Origin: an uncultured Verrucomicrobiota bacterium
GTDB taxonomy: Bacteria > Verrucomicrobiota > Kiritimatiellia > CAIVKH01
DNA length: 64,000 nt
Direction of reading: 5' to 3'
NCBI GenBank assembly: GCA_937872895.1
Contig: CALMUP010000005.1
Location: 1-64,000, forward strand
Shown here: piece after piece, positions 40,322 through 50,239 of the stretch
How positions within the stretch are numbered: position 1 is the stretch's first letter
Layout: each line of letters begins with the position of its first letter
Program-made: the position numbers and the translations under genes
Notes under the pieces: generated by a model
The model's database searches: none
What the model was told of the DNA's origin: nothing
The model's input: only the letters and a program-made list of their open reading frames with translations

Positions 40322-40888
40322 TCAACCCGGATAGACCGGCAGGATGTCCGGGCTGAGCTCGGCCAAGCGCGGCAGGACGGCATCCTTGGGAGACAGGGAT
40401 GGCGAAGCGACCGGCCATTGCACGGCGAGATCCGGATCATCCCAGCGGATGCCCGTGTCATCGGCCGGCATGTAGAGTTCCGTGCACTTGTACATGACCG
40501 AGGCGGTTTCGCTCAGCACGAGGAACCCGTGGGCGAATCCTTCCGGAACGTACAACTGGTGATGGTTTTCCCCGGACAGCAGGTGCCCTTCCCATTGGCC
40601 ATAGGTCGGGGAACCGCGGCGGATATCGACCGCGACATCGAAGATCTCCCCGCTGGCCACATAGACCAGTTTTCCCTGCGGATGGTTGCGCTGGTAATGC
40701 AACCCGCGCAAAACCCCGCGCCGGGAAAAGGAAAAATTGTCCTGCACGAACGGGCGGGGGATGCCGGCTTCGCGGTACTTCGCGGCATGGAATGTTTCGG
40801 TGAAGAATCCGCGTTCATCGGGAAATACCCGCGGTTGAACGAGCACGACACCGGGCAGTTTTCCTGGAACATGGGGTAGCGCGGACAT
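40322..40888 (-). CDS. rfbC: dTDP-4-dehydrorhamnose 3,5-epimerase
   Basis: '..RVFPDERGFFTETF....GLHYQ..' RmlC cupin signature; start at ATG 40888 (the ORF-track start is an over-extension). Confidence 0.9.
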   Translation of the reverse strand: MSALPHVPGKLPGVVLVQPRVFPDERGFFTETFHAAKYREAGIPRPFVQDNFSFSRRGVLRGLHYQRNHPQGKLVYVASGEIFDVAVDIRRGSPTYGQWEGHLLSGENHHQLYVPEGFAHGFLVLSETASVMYKCTELYMPADDTGIRWDDPDLAVQWPVASPSLSPKDAVLPRLAELSPDILPVYPG

Positions 40889-40890
40889 GG

Positions 40891-41766
40891 TCAGTACTCC
40901 GGATGATCGGCCAGGGTGAGCAGGTATTTTCCGTAATCGTTCTTGGCCAACGGGGCGGCCAGCGCGCGTACGGCATCCGCGGTAATCCACCCCTTGCGGA
41001 AGGCGATCTCCTCCAGGCAGGCGATCTTCAAGCCTTGCCGCTCCTCGATGGTCTGGACGTAGTTCGATGCCTGCAAGAGGGATTCGTGCGTGCCGGTATC
41101 GAGCCAGGCAAATCCCCGACCGAGCAATTCAACCTGGAGGTCACCGCGCTTCAGGTACACCCGGTTCAGGTCGGTGATCTCCAACTCACCCCGCGGCGAG
41201 GGCTTCAGGTTGGCCGCGATGTCCACCACCTCGTTGTCGTAGAAGTACAGGCCGGGTACGGCGTACCGCGATTTCGGTTGCTTCGGCTTCTCCTCAATAT
41301 CGAGAACCTTGCCATCCGCATCGAACGAGACCACCCCGTACCGCTCGGGATCCTTGACCAGGTAGCCGAATACCAGCCCGCCCTTGGTCAATGTCCCGGC
41401 CTTCTTGAGGATGGCCGACAGGTCGTGGCCGAAGAAGATGTTATCGCCCAGGATCAAGGCCACCGAATCCTTGCCGATAAACGGCGCCCCGATGATAAAG
41501 GCCTGGGCCAAGCCCTCCGGACGCGGCTGGACGGCATAGGAGAGCTTGATGCCGAGTTGTGCGCCATCGCCGAGCAGTTGCTCGAACCGCGGCAGATCCT
41601 CGGGCGTCGAGATCACCAGGATTTCGCGGATGCCGGCCAGCATCAGGACCGACAACGGATAATAGATCATCGGCTTGTCGAACACCGGAAGCAACTGCTT
41701 GCTGACCACCCGGGTGATCGGGTAAAGCCGGGTGCCCGAACCGCCGGCGAGGATGATGCCCTTCAT
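40891..41766 (-). CDS. rfbA: Glucose-1-phosphate thymidylyltransferase
   Basis: [28 protein letters not shown]...; start ATG 41766. Confidence 0.9.
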   Translation of the reverse strand: MKGIILAGGSGTRLYPITRVVSKQLLPVFDKPMIYYPLSVLMLAGIREILVISTPEDLPRFEQLLGDGAQLGIKLSYAVQPRPEGLAQAFIIGAPFIGKDSVALILGDNIFFGHDLSAILKKAGTLTKGGLVFGYLVKDPERYGVVSFDADGKVLDIEEKPKQPKSRYAVPGLYFYDNEVVDIAANLKPSPRGELEITDLNRVYLKRGDLQVELLGRGFAWLDTGTHESLLQASNYVQTIEERQGLKIACLEEIAFRKGWITADAVRALAAPLAKNDYGKYLLTLADHPEY

Positions 41767-41884
41767 GACGTAACCTCCGTATGCATGTGTTCCGAGTATA
41801 TGCCCCAACCACCCGGACCTGACAAGCCGGCTTATTGGCCGGTCTTCGACTTGCCGCCAAACGCGAGCAGGCGTAGGTTGTGGC

Positions 41885-43093
41885 ATGCACCTTCTCAGAG
41901 TATGGTTATTCCTTGGTGTCAGCGTGCCCATCACCGCCCTGGCCCAACCCGACGTTGGCCTGACCGGCCCCTACCCGGTACGCGAGTTCCTGTACACCGC
42001 CCCTGCCGGGACCAACCCGGCCTATTCCGCCCTGGTGTATTATCCGGCCGAGCCGAACGATCCGGCCCGGGCCGCCGCAGCCGCCGCACCGATGCCGGTG
42101 ATCGTGTTCGGACATGGCTTTCTTTCTCCGCCCGAATTGTACCGGGCGACCTGCCGCCATCTCGCCAGCTGGGGCTTCGCGGTGATTGCCCCGCGCACCG
42201 CGCTGGAACTTTTCCCCAGTCATGCCGCCTATGCGGCGGACCTGCGTGCATCAGCCACGGTGCTGATGGAGCTCGGCGCTGATCCGGCGTCGCCGCTGTT
42301 CCAGCGCGTGGACACATCGGGCGCTGGCTTCACCGGCCACTCCATGGGTGGCGGCGCCTCGTTGCTGGCCGCCGCCGAGGATCCGCGCACCCGGGCCGTG
42401 GCAGTGTTGGCGGCGGCGGAAACCCGTCCCTCGGCCATCGAAGCCGCCGTGAACATCGAGGTGCCCGTGCTCTACATCACCGGCAGCCATGACACCTTCA
42501 CACCAAATCCCTTCCATACCCGGCCCATGATGGCCAACACCGCCCATGCCGCCTGGATGGATATTCGCGGCGGTTTCCACTGCGGGTTCATCCTGGTCCC
42601 GTTGCCCCAGGCCGTTTGTGATGCAGGTTCAATCACACGAACCGAGCAACTGGCCATCACCCACCGGTTGCTGACGGCGTACTTCCTGTCCCGGTTCCGC
42701 GGTGATACGACCGGATGGAACGAGATCTGGGGACCAACCCCTGACCTTGACCGCGCGCTCACCGTGCGCCGCACCCCGATCGCCGACCTGCGCACCGCAA
42801 CCTCGATCGCGATACCCGCCGGTTCCGCGCAGGCAATTCCCGTCACGGTAGTCAATCGCAGCGCGACCGAACGCACCCTGACCGTCGCGGTGGATCCCAC
42901 CCCGTTCGTCGCCACGGTCACGCCACCAAGCCTGGCGGTACCTCCTGGCCAGGAAGGCCGGTTTACCGTCACCTTCACCGCGCCTGGCAACGGGGGCACA
43001 AGGCGTGGCGTTGCACTGTTGCGGACCTGGGATGTGGATGATCCCTCGGACGGCGGTGATTATGGTTGGTTGCGGGTTCGACGCAGCCGGTAG
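41885..43093 (+). CDS. Secreted alpha/beta-hydrolase of the cutinase/PET-hydrolase/chlorophyllase-like (dienelactone hydrolase-like) family with C-terminal extra domain
   Basis: Signal peptide; '[13 protein letters not shown]' nucleophile elbow, 'ITGSHDTF' Asp, 'GGFHCGF' His; order and spacing as in PETase-like lipases. C-terminal ~120 aa Thr/Val-rich beta domain. Confidence 0.65.
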   Translation: MHLLRVWLFLGVSVPITALAQPDVGLTGPYPVREFLYTAPAGTNPAYSALVYYPAEPNDPARAAAAAAPMPVIVFGHGFLSPPELYRATCRHLASWGFAVIAPRTALELFPSHAAYAADLRASATVLMELGADPASPLFQRVDTSGAGFTGHSMGGGASLLAAAEDPRTRAVAVLAAAETRPSAIEAAVNIEVPVLYITGSHDTFTPNPFHTRPMMANTAHAAWMDIRGGFHCGFILVPLPQAVCDAGSITRTEQLAITHRLLTAYFLSRFRGDTTGWNEIWGPTPDLDRALTVRRTPIADLRTATSIAIPAGSAQAIPVTVVNRSATERTLTVAVDPTPFVATVTPPSLAVPPGQEGRFTVTFTAPGNGGTRRGVALLRTWDVDDPSDGGDYGWLRVRRSR

Positions 43094-43157
43094 CTCCGCG
43101 CGGAGGCGCACCTGTGATGCTGCCCCGGCAGCAATGGGTGCCGAACGGGGGCGGTGC

Positions 43158-44642
43158 TCAGGGGCGCTTCATTGCCGTGGCCAGTCGGCCGAGGGTCGCG
43201 ACGGCGTGATCGATGCGCTCGGACCACGGGTGCCCGCAGTTCAAGCGCAGGCAATTCCGGAATCCCTGGCGGGCGGAAAAGATCGGGCCGGGCGCGATGC
43301 TGATGCCGGCCGCGATGGCCTCGTCGAACAGGCGCATCGCATCGGCCGGCTCCGGCATCTCCACCCATAATACGAAACCGCCTTGTGGTCGGCTGATCCG
43401 TGTTCCTTCCGGAAAGTACCGGACCACGGCTTCACTCATGCGCTGGACCTGCTGGGCAAAAGTGCGACGCAAGCCGCGAATCATATGATCATACCCGCCG
43501 GATTGCAGGAACTCGGCGATGGTCCACTGCAGCGGGGTCGGGGTGGAAAGCGACAGCGCACTTTTACACCGGACGACTTCGTCGTGGTAACGTCCGGCCG
43601 AGACCCACCCCACGCGGTAACCGGGAGCCAGGGTCTTTGCAAAGGATGAGCAGAACATTACCAGTCCCTTGGTGTCGAACGCCTTCAGCGCGGGCGGACG
43701 GTGGATGTCGAAGGCGAGGTCGCCGTAGATATCGTCCTCGATCACCGGGGTATCATAGCGCACCGCCAACTCCACCAACCCCCGCTTGTGGTCCTCGGGC
43801 ATACAGCTACCCAGCGGATTGTTGAAGTTCGCCATGACCAGCACGGCCTTGACCTTCCGCTTGCGCAGGGCGGCCTCCAGGCCGTTGAGATCAATCCCGG
43901 TGCTCGGATCGGTGGGAATTTCCAGGGCTTTCATCTTGAGACGCTGGATCATGCGCAGGAACCCGTAGTAGGTGGGCGACTCCACGGCGATGGTGTCCCC
44001 CGGGCCAGCCACCGACTGGAGACACATGGCGACCGCCTCGGTGCAGCCGCAGGTGGTCAGGATCTCCTCGCTGGTCAGGCGGCACCCGAGATCCAAGGCC
44101 CGGCGGGCCAACTGGCGGCGCAGTTCAAGCAGGCCGGGTGGCAGGTCATAATCATTGATACGCGCACCGAGGCGGCGACCCAACGAGGCTCCAAGGCGGG
44201 ACAAGCGGGCCTGCGGGAAGAGATCGGATTGCGCGCAGGCCGCGCCGAGCGGGATGATCGACGGGTCGCGGGCGGCGTCATACACCTTCAGCACCAGGTC
44301 ATCGACACTCACCGTGCTCGCCGCGCGCGGGGGCCGAATCACCCTCGGCTCGGGAGGCAGCTCCAAGGTGCGTGGCTTGACATAGAATCCCGATTGCGGA
44401 CGCGCCTCGATCAGCCCGCGGTTCTCCAGCAACAGGAAGGCCTGAAGCACCGTGGAGATGCTCACCTTCTGATGCCGGCTCAAGCGACGAACCGACGGCA
44501 CGCGATCGCCCGGCTTCAAACTACCCTCTTCAATCAGCCGACGGATCGAGTCCGCCACCTGCTCGTACAACAACGTTTTTGTTTTTGCCGTGGAGATCAT
44601 TTGTTCCTGACGCATGGAGAATGTAGCGCAATCACGCCGCAA
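43158..44642 (-). CDS. MocR/GabR-family transcriptional regulator (GntR HTH + PLP aminotransferase-like domain)
   Basis: N-terminal 'LYEQVADSIRRLIEEGSLKPGDRVPSVRRLSRHQKVSISTVLQAFLLLENRGLIE' GntR HTH, then a fold-type-I aminotransferase domain. Start may be an internal Met (44615 or 44600). Confidence 0.8.
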   Translation of the reverse strand: MRRDCATFSMRQEQMISTAKTKTLLYEQVADSIRRLIEEGSLKPGDRVPSVRRLSRHQKVSISTVLQAFLLLENRGLIEARPQSGFYVKPRTLELPPEPRVIRPPRAASTVSVDDLVLKVYDAARDPSIIPLGAACAQSDLFPQARLSRLGASLGRRLGARINDYDLPPGLLELRRQLARRALDLGCRLTSEEILTTCGCTEAVAMCLQSVAGPGDTIAVESPTYYGFLRMIQRLKMKALEIPTDPSTGIDLNGLEAALRKRKVKAVLVMANFNNPLGSCMPEDHKRGLVELAVRYDTPVIEDDIYGDLAFDIHRPPALKAFDTKGLVMFCSSFAKTLAPGYRVGWVSAGRYHDEVVRCKSALSLSTPTPLQWTIAEFLQSGGYDHMIRGLRRTFAQQVQRMSEAVVRYFPEGTRISRPQGGFVLWVEMPEPADAMRLFDEAIAAGISIAPGPIFSARQGFRNCLRLNCGHPWSERIDHAVATLGRLATAMKRP

Positions 44643-44764
44643 CGGGCAGATACAGCATGCCCCACCCCGGCACAGTACAGTTTAAGGACAACTGTAACTG
44701 TGTACATTACAATTTATTCACGCTATGACTGTACCTGCTTGCGGACGGGTGAAACGATGGGGGC

Positions 44765-45106
44765 ATGAAAACGGGCGTGGCATGGATCCGTGATGGATGG
44801 CGGTGGATGGTTGCGTGGGCCCCGGGTAGCCGGGAGGGACTTCGCACCGCAGCGGTAGTGCAGCACCTCGACGCAGGCGACGTGCTATCCGTAAGGCGAT
44901 CTGAACGGGGCGTAGTGCGGGACGGGCGCCTGTGGCTCACCGATGGCGGTTGCCGCGGGGACCTCATCCTCGAATGCGGATCGGTTCTGCACGGATCGTG
45001 GCCCGGACGCACGGTCATCCAGGCCCTTGAGCCCACCGACATCGAGTGGTTCACATCATGCCGGAGAAGGCCGCAGCGACACGCACCGGCTCGGTTCGGT
45101 TCATGA
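44765..45106 (+). CDS. Possible small beta-barrel (DUF2917-like) protein, divergent from the MocR regulator
   Basis: '..HLDAGDVLSVRRSERGVVRDGRLWLTDGG..GDLIL..G' resembles DUF2917. High-GC ORF, low confidence. Confidence 0.3.
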   Translation: MKTGVAWIRDGWRWMVAWAPGSREGLRTAAVVQHLDAGDVLSVRRSERGVVRDGRLWLTDGGCRGDLILECGSVLHGSWPGRTVIQALEPTDIEWFTSCRRRPQRHAPARFGS

Positions 45107-45147
45107 TCAAGAACGCGTTGAGGTCCCTTCACGACGCAGAGCCGCCT

Positions 45148-45274
45148 GGGATCGATCATGGGAATGTCGCAACGGGGGCGGCCCGCCTACGCAAGGCTAC
45201 GGCGTGGCAGCCTTCGCTCTCCGCTGCGCATCAGGGTTGGCTGGCATGCCAAGCCGTAGCTCGGAGCGCAGCGG
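45148..45274. repeat. 127-bp direct repeat, copy 1 (solo)
   Basis: 3 mismatches to 45541-45667; contains an ATG ATC GAT CCC (MIDP) start on the minus strand, but the downstream ORF is degenerate. Confidence 0.85.
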
Positions 45275-45303
45275 CAGGAGATGTGGGTGTGTTCGGCCCG
45301 CCT

Positions 45304-45552
45304 TCAGAAGTGCTTGCGGGCAAATGCTCGTCCAGAACCTGTTTTCAGATAACGCTCGAAATCCCTGGCCTTATCCCCCGAATTGAATCGGATGACGGTT
45401 TCAACGCGCCATGGGCGGCAACTGGACGTATGGGGAACTCCGCCTTCGTTATGCTTCTTCAAGCGTGCGACCAAGTCCTTGGTGCAGCCGGTGTAATGTC
45501 GTTCCGGGTATTGCTCGCTGACGAGGATGTACACGTATACGGGATCGATCAT
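45304..45552 (-). CDS. GIY-YIG-family nuclease (small, 82 aa)
   Basis: 'VYVYILVSEQYPERHYTGCTKDLVARLKKHNEG' GIY-YIG signature. Its start codon and first residues lie inside repeat copy 2. Confidence 0.7.
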   Translation of the reverse strand: MIDPVYVYILVSEQYPERHYTGCTKDLVARLKKHNEGGVPHTSSCRPWRVETVIRFNSGDKARDFERYLKTGSGRAFARKHF

Positions 45553-45667
45553 GGGAATGTCACAACGGGGGCGGCCCGCCTACGCAAGGCTACGGCGTGG
45601 CAGCCTTCGCTCACCGCTGCGCATCGGGGTTGGCTGGCATGCCAAGCCGTAGCTCGGAGCGCAGCGG
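45541..45667. repeat. 127-bp direct repeat, copy 2 (carries the GIY-YIG start/5' region)
   Basis: Near-identical to 45148-45274; ends 11 nt before the tRNA-Ala 3' end; internally palindromic (ccgctgcgc...gcgcagcgg). Confidence 0.85.
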
Positions 45668-45678
45668 AGAGCGAAGGC

Positions 45679-45754
45679 TGGTGGAGCGGAAGGGAGTTGA
45701 ACCCTCGACCTTCTCATTGCGAACGAGACGCTCTCCCAACTGAGCTACCGCCCC
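45679..45754 (-). tRNA. tRNA-Ala (anticodon CGC), CCA encoded
   Basis: Minus-strand GGGGCGGTAGCTCAGTTGGGAGAGCGTCTCGTTCGCAATGAGAAGGTCGAGGGTTCAACTCCCTTCCGCTCCACCA; folds as a cloverleaf with G3:U70 and anticodon loop TTCGCAA. Confidence 0.85.
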
Positions 45755-45811
45755 AACCAAAGTGCCCGAAAGCTAGCAAAGTGGGTTTCGAAGTGCAAGC
45801 GGTTATCGGGA

Positions 45812-46672
45812 TCAGCGGCCGGGTCCGCCGGTCGGTGGCGGGCCGTCGCCCCAGCCGCCCCGGCCTCCGCCCATGCCGCGCATGGCATTGCGGAAGATCT
45901 GGTTGACCGAGGTCAGGTCGATGACCTCGGTCAGGTAGTCGGCGAAGGCGCGGGCGTCGGCGTCGGTGTAACCGAGGTCCTTGCCTACCTGGAAAAACTC
46001 CTTGTCGCGCTCCTTTTCCAGCAGCGGGGACAGTTCCCGCATGTTGTCACGCAGGGTGCCGACCAGTTCGCGCCGTTGCTCCTGGGGCAACCCGGCGTCG
46101 AGCCGTTCGGTCAGCTTGAGCGACTGGGTGAGCAGGTCCATCATGCGTGCATATTCCTCGGCCTCGGCATCGGTCATCGCATCGGTCGGAGTCTGCAAAA
46201 AATACGAGGCTTTCTTGGCGATGTCGTAGCGGGCTTCCTGGCGGGCCTGCTCCCGACGCGCCACGATTTCCTGGTAGCGCTCCGGATCGGTAGCCTGCAA
46301 GTCCTCGAGCCAGGAACGCCGGGGGGCATTGGTGGCGACGGGTGTGGCCACCGCATCGGGCACGACCACCGCCGGCGTGGAACGGGTGGCTGCGGCGCGC
46401 AAGGCCCCGATCTCGGCTTCCCGTTCCGCGAGCTTCGCCTCCAGGGCCACGATCCGCGCGTCCTCACCCGGCACGGACTCCGATGGCGGGAGCGGCGCTG
46501 GGGAACCGGCCGCCGCGGATACGCCGTGATCCGGTCGGGCGATTTGCGCGGCGCGCAGGGTTGCCAGTTCCTGTTGCCACGCCACGGCCCGGGAGCGGTG
46601 CACCCATGCCATCGACAATCCCGCGACCCCGATCACGAGGCACACCCCCATCATCCATCCTGATCGCTGCAT
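45812..46672 (-). CDS. Membrane-anchored hypothetical protein (coiled-coil, Gly-rich tail)
   Basis: N-terminal TM; Ala/Glu-rich helical region; GGGRGGWGDGPPP tail; no domain recognised. Confidence 0.45.
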   Translation of the reverse strand: MQRSGWMMGVCLVIGVAGLSMAWVHRSRAVAWQQELATLRAAQIARPDHGVSAAAGSPAPLPPSESVPGEDARIVALEAKLAEREAEIGALRAAATRSTPAVVVPDAVATPVATNAPRRSWLEDLQATDPERYQEIVARREQARQEARYDIAKKASYFLQTPTDAMTDAEAEEYARMMDLLTQSLKLTERLDAGLPQEQRRELVGTLRDNMRELSPLLEKERDKEFFQVGKDLGYTDADARAFADYLTEVIDLTSVNQIFRNAMRGMGGGRGGWGDGPPPTGGPGR

Positions 46673-46681
46673 GGCTTCTCC

Positions 46682-48073
46682 TCAGGTCATCGCCCGAATC
46701 TGTTCCCGGATCATCCGGGTGTAGTGTTCAACCAGCGCGGCCGCCTGTTCCACGCCTTCCGCCTCGGCGGTCACCCGCATGACCGACTCGGTGTTGGATC
46801 GCCGGACGTGTACCCAACCATGATCGAGGTCGATAAAAAGACCGTCAAGCAGGTTGATGCGGGCAGGGTCGTGGGCGTGGCGAATATGACGGAGAATGGG
46901 CGGGGCCTGTTCGGCGCGGATCGGCACTTTTCCGCGCGCGATCACGAAACGCGGCAGGGAGCCGACCAGGTCGGAGACCCGCTCGGGCCGGCTGGCCAGC
47001 ATCTCGAGAATGACCGCCATGCCGGCAAAACTGTCGCGGCAGGGATGGATCGCAGAGATCATCACGCCGCCGATGTTCTCGCCACCAACCACCGCCCCGT
47101 GCTTGAGCATCGCCTCCGCGACGTTGATTTCGCCGATCCGGGTTCGCACCACCGGGCACTGGTATTTCGCGGCGATCAGGTCCACCGCCTTGCTGGTCGG
47201 CACGTTCACGCAGACGGGGCCACGGCCATGGGCCTCGAGAACCTGCCATACCGCGAGCGCCAGGGTCAGGTCCTCGCCGATTGGTTGCCCCTGGTCATCG
47301 ACGATGGCCAACCGGTCGCCATCCGGATCCTGGGCGAATCCGATATCGCACCGGTGTTCCAGGACCGTGCGGCTCAAGCGCCCGAGATGCTGGGGGAGCG
47401 GCTCCGGCTCGCGCTCAAACTGTCCGGATGGCGTATCGAAAACCGGGTACACCTCACAGCCAAGCAACGTGCCGAGCAGGAACGGCGAGTACAGGGCGCC
47501 GACGCCGTTGCAGCAATCGATGGCAACCTTGAGCCGCCGCCGGCGGATCGAGCGGACATCGACGAACTTGAGGATCCGCTTGAAGTGTTCCTCGGTGGGA
47601 TAAGGATCGGTACGGATGCGCCGGATCTCATTTTCCTGGACCAGCGGGAAATCCTGCTGGTGGTAGACATCAAACAATTCCTGCGCGCGGGATTCGGACA
47701 GGAACAAGCCGTCCGGCCCGATGAATTTCAACGCATTCCAATCGGCCGGATTATGGCTGGCGGTGATGGCGATACCACCGCGGGCACCGGTCCCCGGGAC
47801 CATCATCAGCAATGTCGGGGTCGGGCAAATGCCGGTCAACACCGGTGCACACCCCACACTTTGCAGGCCGGCCACGACGGCGTGCTCGATCATCGCCCCG
47901 GTCGGCCGGGTATCACGGGCGATCAGCACCGGACCAGGACCGACGAAGGTGCCGAACGCCTGCGCAAAGGTTGCCGCCAGCTGGGGGGTGAAGGAGACAC
48001 CCACTACACCACGCACGCCGGATACGCCTACCTTCAGCGCTTCCTTGATGGATTGGGGGGTGCGTTCGCTCAT
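46682..48073 (-). CDS. Alpha-D-phosphohexomutase (phosphoglucosamine/phosphomannomutase-like)
   Basis: 'VGVSGVRG' and catalytic 'ITASHNPADWN' motifs; 4-domain phosphohexomutase layout. Confidence 0.8.
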   Translation of the reverse strand: MSERTPQSIKEALKVGVSGVRGVVGVSFTPQLAATFAQAFGTFVGPGPVLIARDTRPTGAMIEHAVVAGLQSVGCAPVLTGICPTPTLLMMVPGTGARGGIAITASHNPADWNALKFIGPDGLFLSESRAQELFDVYHQQDFPLVQENEIRRIRTDPYPTEEHFKRILKFVDVRSIRRRRLKVAIDCCNGVGALYSPFLLGTLLGCEVYPVFDTPSGQFEREPEPLPQHLGRLSRTVLEHRCDIGFAQDPDGDRLAIVDDQGQPIGEDLTLALAVWQVLEAHGRGPVCVNVPTSKAVDLIAAKYQCPVVRTRIGEINVAEAMLKHGAVVGGENIGGVMISAIHPCRDSFAGMAVILEMLASRPERVSDLVGSLPRFVIARGKVPIRAEQAPPILRHIRHAHDPARINLLDGLFIDLDHGWVHVRRSNTESVMRVTAEAEGVEQAAALVEHYTRMIREQIRAMT

Positions 48074-48077
48074 GGGA

Positions 48078-49433
48078 TCACAGCGATGCTCCGATCATGC
48101 GAACCATCCGGTCCGCGTTCTTCTCGGCCTTCTCGCGCTGGACCGATTCCGAGATGACCCGTACGATCTGCTCGGTATCGGATGCACGTGCATGCAGCCA
48201 ACCGTCTTCCCAATCGATGCGGAATCCATCGGTGGTGTCGAACGCGACCGCGCCCGCGAACGCATCCCGCTGGCCACGGATATGCTCGATGGCGCCATAT
48301 CCGCGGCGTGAGCCGCAGGTAACCGAGCGCTTGACGATGTGGTATTGCGGCAAGTCGTGGATCAGGCCGGACAACGGCCGGTTGCGCACCGCCATGGCCT
48401 CCAGCACCAAGGCCATCATCAGGAACCCGTCAAAGCCGCGGTTGAAGGCGGGCAGCATCACTCCACCACTGCCCTCTCCGCCAATCACCCCGCCCTCGTC
48501 CTCCAACGCAGCATGGATGTAGGCCTGGCCGACCTGGGTCTTGACCACCCGGCAGTGGTGGCGGGCGGCGAGATCGTCGATGCAGCGGGTCGTGCAACTG
48601 TTGGTCACGACGGTACCGGGCTTGCGGCGCAGGATATAATCGGCGATGACCGCGAAGGTGTATTCCTCGCTGGTGGGTTCCCCGGCTTCCGTCACCATGG
48701 ACATCCGGCTCATGTCGCTGTTCAGCACGAATCCGACCTGTCCCTTGACGTGGCGGATGAACGAGGCCATCTGGAGCGCACTGCGCGGTCGCGGTTCGGC
48801 TTCGCGCGGCAGGTAGCCAGAGGGCTGGTCGTTGACGGCGATCAGGTTGAAGCCGAATTCATGGGCAAAGGTCTTCAGGTAGGGCGAACCGGCGCCGACC
48901 AGCGGATCAATCATCACGGTGAACGCGGCGTTGCGGATCGCCTCGACATCGATGTGGCGGGCCAGGGACGTGAAATAGGCGTCAGCAAGGTCACCCACTT
49001 CCTGGACGCGACCGATCGATCCGGATCGCTTGCGCAGGAAATCGCCGGCATGAAACAGGTCGAGCACGGTTTCACCGCCGACCGGGGCGATGAAGGCACC
49101 ATCCGGTCCGATCAGGGTAAGCGAGTTCCACCCCATGCCATTATGGCCACCGGTGATGGAAACACCTCCGGCGGCGCGGAACGGCTTCACCGCGAACTGG
49201 AGCATCGGGGTCGGGCAGATCCCGAGGTCCACCACTTCGCACCCGCAACTGACCAGTGCGGAGAGCACGGCGGAATGCAGCATCGGACTGGAGTAGCGGG
49301 TATCGCGTGCGAGGAGCAGCTTGCCGCCATCGACGAAGGTGCCGTAGGCCGCCGCGAAATCCATCACCGTACGGATGGTCAGCGACTGGCCGACAAAACC
49401 CCGCAGACCAAAGCTGGCCAGGCGAAGGCTCAT
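48078..49433 (-). CDS. Phosphohexomutase paralog with substituted active-site motif (TGGHNG in place of TASHNP)
   Basis: Same family layout ('SFGLRGFVG', 4 domains) but the phosphoserine position reads 'ITGGHNGMGWN'. Start placed at ATG 49433 (the ORF-track N-terminal extension is a GC artefact). Confidence 0.7.
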   Translation of the reverse strand: MSLRLASFGLRGFVGQSLTIRTVMDFAAAYGTFVDGGKLLLARDTRYSSPMLHSAVLSALVSCGCEVVDLGICPTPMLQFAVKPFRAAGGVSITGGHNGMGWNSLTLIGPDGAFIAPVGGETVLDLFHAGDFLRKRSGSIGRVQEVGDLADAYFTSLARHIDVEAIRNAAFTVMIDPLVGAGSPYLKTFAHEFGFNLIAVNDQPSGYLPREAEPRPRSALQMASFIRHVKGQVGFVLNSDMSRMSMVTEAGEPTSEEYTFAVIADYILRRKPGTVVTNSCTTRCIDDLAARHHCRVVKTQVGQAYIHAALEDEGGVIGGEGSGGVMLPAFNRGFDGFLMMALVLEAMAVRNRPLSGLIHDLPQYHIVKRSVTCGSRRGYGAIEHIRGQRDAFAGAVAFDTTDGFRIDWEDGWLHARASDTEQIVRVISESVQREKAEKNADRMVRMIGASL

Positions 49434-50239
49434 GAGGCCTCCTTGTCGCGCGCGGGTTCGGCGGCCGTCATCAACGATGCCGAGCCGGCGGCCCGCTTGC
49501 GGTCCCAGGCCAGCACCACCCAGATGCATCCCTCGTACAGGATGACCAGCGGAATGGTCATGATGACCTGCGAAACCACATCGGGCGGAGTCAGGATGCA
49601 GGCGATGATCAACGCCCCGACGATGGCATGGCGGCGGTGGTCGCGCAGCCACACCCCGCTGACGACGCCGAGCCGACCGAGAACGAGCAACACCATCGGG
49701 ATCTCGAAGGCGAGGCCGAAGGCAACCAGCACCTGCACCGAAAAACGGACATAGCTGCTGAGGGTCCACAACGGCGAGACCCCGAGCCAGTCATTGAAGA
49801 GGTACATCGCCGACAGGGCGAACGGCAGCGTGTACACATAACCAAACAGCACGCCACCGACGAACAGAACGATGCCGAGCGCTCCGGCCTGACCGGCCAG
49901 TCGTTTTTCCGTTGCGGTCAAGGCCGGAAGGATAAACTGGCCGATGGTGACTACGAGCAGCGGGGAGCTGATCAGGATGCCGCCCCAGAAGGCGATGTGC
50001 ATGGCGGACACGAAGGCACCGGCAACTTCCATCGACTGGAGCATCGCATCGGGGTTTTCAGTGACGAGGTACAACGGCTGCTTCAGCAGTCCGAGCAGGA
50101 ATGGAGCCAACGGAAAGGCGATGACCATGCCAAGGGCAACCACGGCGGCGGATCGCAACAGGGTTCGCCGCAGATCCTCGAGATGATCGAGGAACGGCTT
50201 GACCAGGCCGTCATCGGCGTTATGCGCGGTCGGACTCAT
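49430..50239 (-). CDS. tatC: Sec-independent protein translocase TatC
   Basis: '..DGLVKPFLDHLEDLRRTLL..' N-terminus and 6-TM TatC layout. Confidence 0.85.
   Translation of the reverse strand: MSPTAHNADDGLVKPFLDHLEDLRRTLLRSAAVVALGMVIAFPLAPFLLGLLKQPLYLVTENPDAMLQSMEVAGAFVSAMHIAFWGGILISSPLLVVTIGQFILPALTATEKRLAGQAGALGIVLFVGGVLFGYVYTLPFALSAMYLFNDWLGVSPLWTLSSYVRFSVQVLVAFGLAFEIPMVLLVLGRLGVVSGVWLRDHRRHAIVGALIIACILTPPDVVSQVIMTIPLVILYEGCIWVVLAWDRKRAAGSASLMTAAEPARDKEAS

Noticed and set aside
45046-45906. 286-aa plus-strand ORF running through both 127-bp repeats, the GIY-YIG gene (antisense) and the tRNA
   Set aside because: Cannot be real: it crosses a tRNA gene and repeats, and has no domain.
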